Of a stretch of DNA of 64,000 nucleotides, positions 62,045-64,000 are shown in pieces. The translations under genes and the position numbers were made by a program. Position 1 is the first letter of the stretch. Each line of letters starts with the position of its first letter. Where the stretch lies: contig JAUCBJ010006637.1 in the NCBI GenBank assembly GCA_032718475.1, forward strand, positions 1 to 64,000, in the 5' to 3' direction. Under the pieces are notes generated by a model, which saw only the letters and a list, made by a program, of their open reading frames with translations, did not search any database and was not told where the DNA came from. This DNA comes from Nemertoderma westbladi (lineage: Eukaryota; Animalia; Xenacoelomorpha).

Positions 62045-62900
62045 TAGGGTTTTCAGGTCGCTGATCATGATAAAACTTGTTAAAAACATTTTTTGGAAAA
62101 GCAACCATCATTTTTTGTGCTATTTTGGTCCCCCAGTATGAAAAGTACAAGTAAAAAAATGTCAACATAAAAAATTTGTGTTTGGTTTGATAATTCTGAA
62201 CGTATGTGTTTTCGAGGTCGCTGATTACGATGAAACTAGTTATAAATATTTCTGGTAATGCAAACCCAATTTTGGTGCTATTCTAGTGCCCCAGAACGAA
62301 AATTACAAGTAGCACAAACTTATAAACTGTCAAATTATGCCTATGATTTGGTAATTCTGAAGCTATACTGGTTTTCAAGGTAGCTGATCACGATATAACA
62401 CGTTACAAATCATTCGTGGTAATGCAACTGTCAATTTTGGTGCTTTTCTGTTGGGACGAAAATTACAAGTAGCAAACATTTCAAATTGCAAAAAGCGAAT
62501 TTGGTTGGATAATACGATATTTTTGAGTGTCATATTCGTGATCAGTGTCCCAAAAAACCCATAATGTCTAAAATTCAGGTTGATTTGGTAATGATTTTTG
62601 GTTATCCAACTTTTGCTACTTGTATTTTTCGTGCCGCACATTCACACATATCGAAAAAATTGTTTTAATTCGTGATCAGCATTCCAAAAAAACCATATGT
62701 TCATAAAATCAATTTAATTTTGTGGTGATTTTTCATTATCATATTTACACTACGATTTTTTTTCGTGCCCCAAAGGGCACATTCAAAATTACCAAAAATT
62801 TTCTAGAATGTTATATTTGAGTTCAATATTTGTGATCAGTGTCCAAAAAAACCGCTATATATAGCGCAAAAAATTAATTTTAGTGAATTATAAAAACATT
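62045..62900. repeat. Interspersed repeat, copy 2 of the 17.1-17.8 kb family
   Basis: Collinear homology with 17124-17830 (e.g. AAATATTTCTGGTAA.TGCAAACCCAA.TTTGGTGC). Confidence 0.65.
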
Positions 62901-63884
62901 TGAAAATTTTAGCACGAAAAATACCTGAGATGGATGCCAGAAAGGGGCCACATCAAAAAATTAACATTGGTTGCGAGAAAAGGGACCTGCGTTTTTAATT
63001 TTTTGTATAAACTCTCATAACTTTTTAACGAAAAACGATATGAAAAAACTAGTTCGATATTCGGAAAGCGCAGAATATTCTGCATCTAATAGGCCTAAAA
63101 ACGCAAAATCGACCATGTGGTCCCCAGGTCCCTTTTCTCGCAACCAGCCACAAATACTGTACTTTTATCTTTGGAACAAAGAACGGGGACCCTCTCGGAA
63201 ACAAAGATACTGTAGGGGGGAAACTGGACGCAATAAAAATGAATCCCTCTCCAGGGGAAATTCGATGGAAATAACAGATGATTACTCTCAAAAATAAATA
63301 ATAATACCGTTTTATAGCGCCAAATTAAATATTGCAAATCTACAATAGCTTTTGTCATGTATGTTTGTGTTATTTAATTGTGTTATTTAATTGTGTTATT
63401 TAATTGTTCATTTTAATGTTATACTTTGAGCACAATTAAACAAATACAGTACCAATACAGGTTGTGCAGCGGTCAGGCAGTGCTGCAGTCAGACAGTGCA
63501 GGCCTATATTCTGATATTACAGTATTACTTCAACCAAAATCAAAACACTTGTAAAGAAAATACAGGAATATCACTAGGCCAAAGCCTGAAAGCAGTAAAG
63601 GCAAAAGGCTACAGGACTGCGCTCGTCCTTTAGTACCGGTACCGTACTGGTCTGGTCACCAATGTTATTAATAATTAATAATTACGAATTTGGAATGTGT
63701 ACTAAATTTCATGCAAGTCCTTTCAGCCTTTGGTGTTTGGTAAACAAAACAATGCTGCAATGTCTATAACAGTAATAAAGCAATACCAAACCAATTAGCC
63801 AATGGCAGAATTGAGTTCACTACAGCACTAGCGAATTCAGATGAAGGCAAGGACTACTATACTACAGGACTGACTCACTATGGC

Positions 63885-64000
63885 TACTACTAGGATCGGC
63901 ATGCTGCATTGCAGCTGCATTTTTAAGAATGCTGTGCCGGCTTATCGACAAAATTGCACCGCCACAACTCCCTATCACCCATGACATTTGCTAGATCATC
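63885..64000 (-). mobile_element. 3' end of a second RTE copy (runs off the window)
   Basis: Nearly identical to 9234-9343; ends in (TAG)n on the minus strand. Confidence 0.85.

Larger units (their letters stand above)
44321..63152. mobile_element. TIR DNA element (MITE-like) split by the BEL-C insertion
   Basis: TGTGGCTGGTTGCGAGAAAAGGGACCTGGGGA at 44321-44352 is the exact reverse complement of 63121-63152. A subterminal partial copy lies at 62969-62988. TSD and superfamily are unresolved. Confidence 0.6.

Overview
Repeat-dense window from an animal (probably invertebrate) nuclear genome. There is one clear host gene: an intronless eEF1A (12221-13609, +) with a TATA box plus TCT/TOP core promoter. 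The rest is repetitive DNA. It includes two satellites (23-bp unit, 4.5-10.7 kb; 14-bp unit, 18.8-21.1 kb), Helitron/HINE-like dispersed repeats, two tRNA-derived SINEs, two RTE-type LINE fragments, and a full-length L2/Crack-type LINE. It also holds three related BEL/Pao LTR retrotransposons: BEL-A (21058-36602, +, near-intact gag-pol), BEL-B (36603-44157, -, truncated) and BEL-C (44596-62017, -, both LTRs, TSD AGCAG, Gag-protease only). The strongest novel signal is that these BEL/Pao elements have no tRNA-type primer-binding site. Instead, the 11-14 nt abutting the 5' LTR are perfectly complementary to a site inside their own LTR, and the two sides co-vary between subfamilies. This is the geometry of Tf1/sushi-type self-primed reverse transcription, which I know only from Ty3/gypsy elements. 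The family also carries a cluster of same-phase splice donors at the end of gag, a decayed non-Env accessory ORF, a duplicated structured RNA module, and a recently mobile non-autonomous Gag-PR derivative. All alignments and counts were done by eye; no searches were run.
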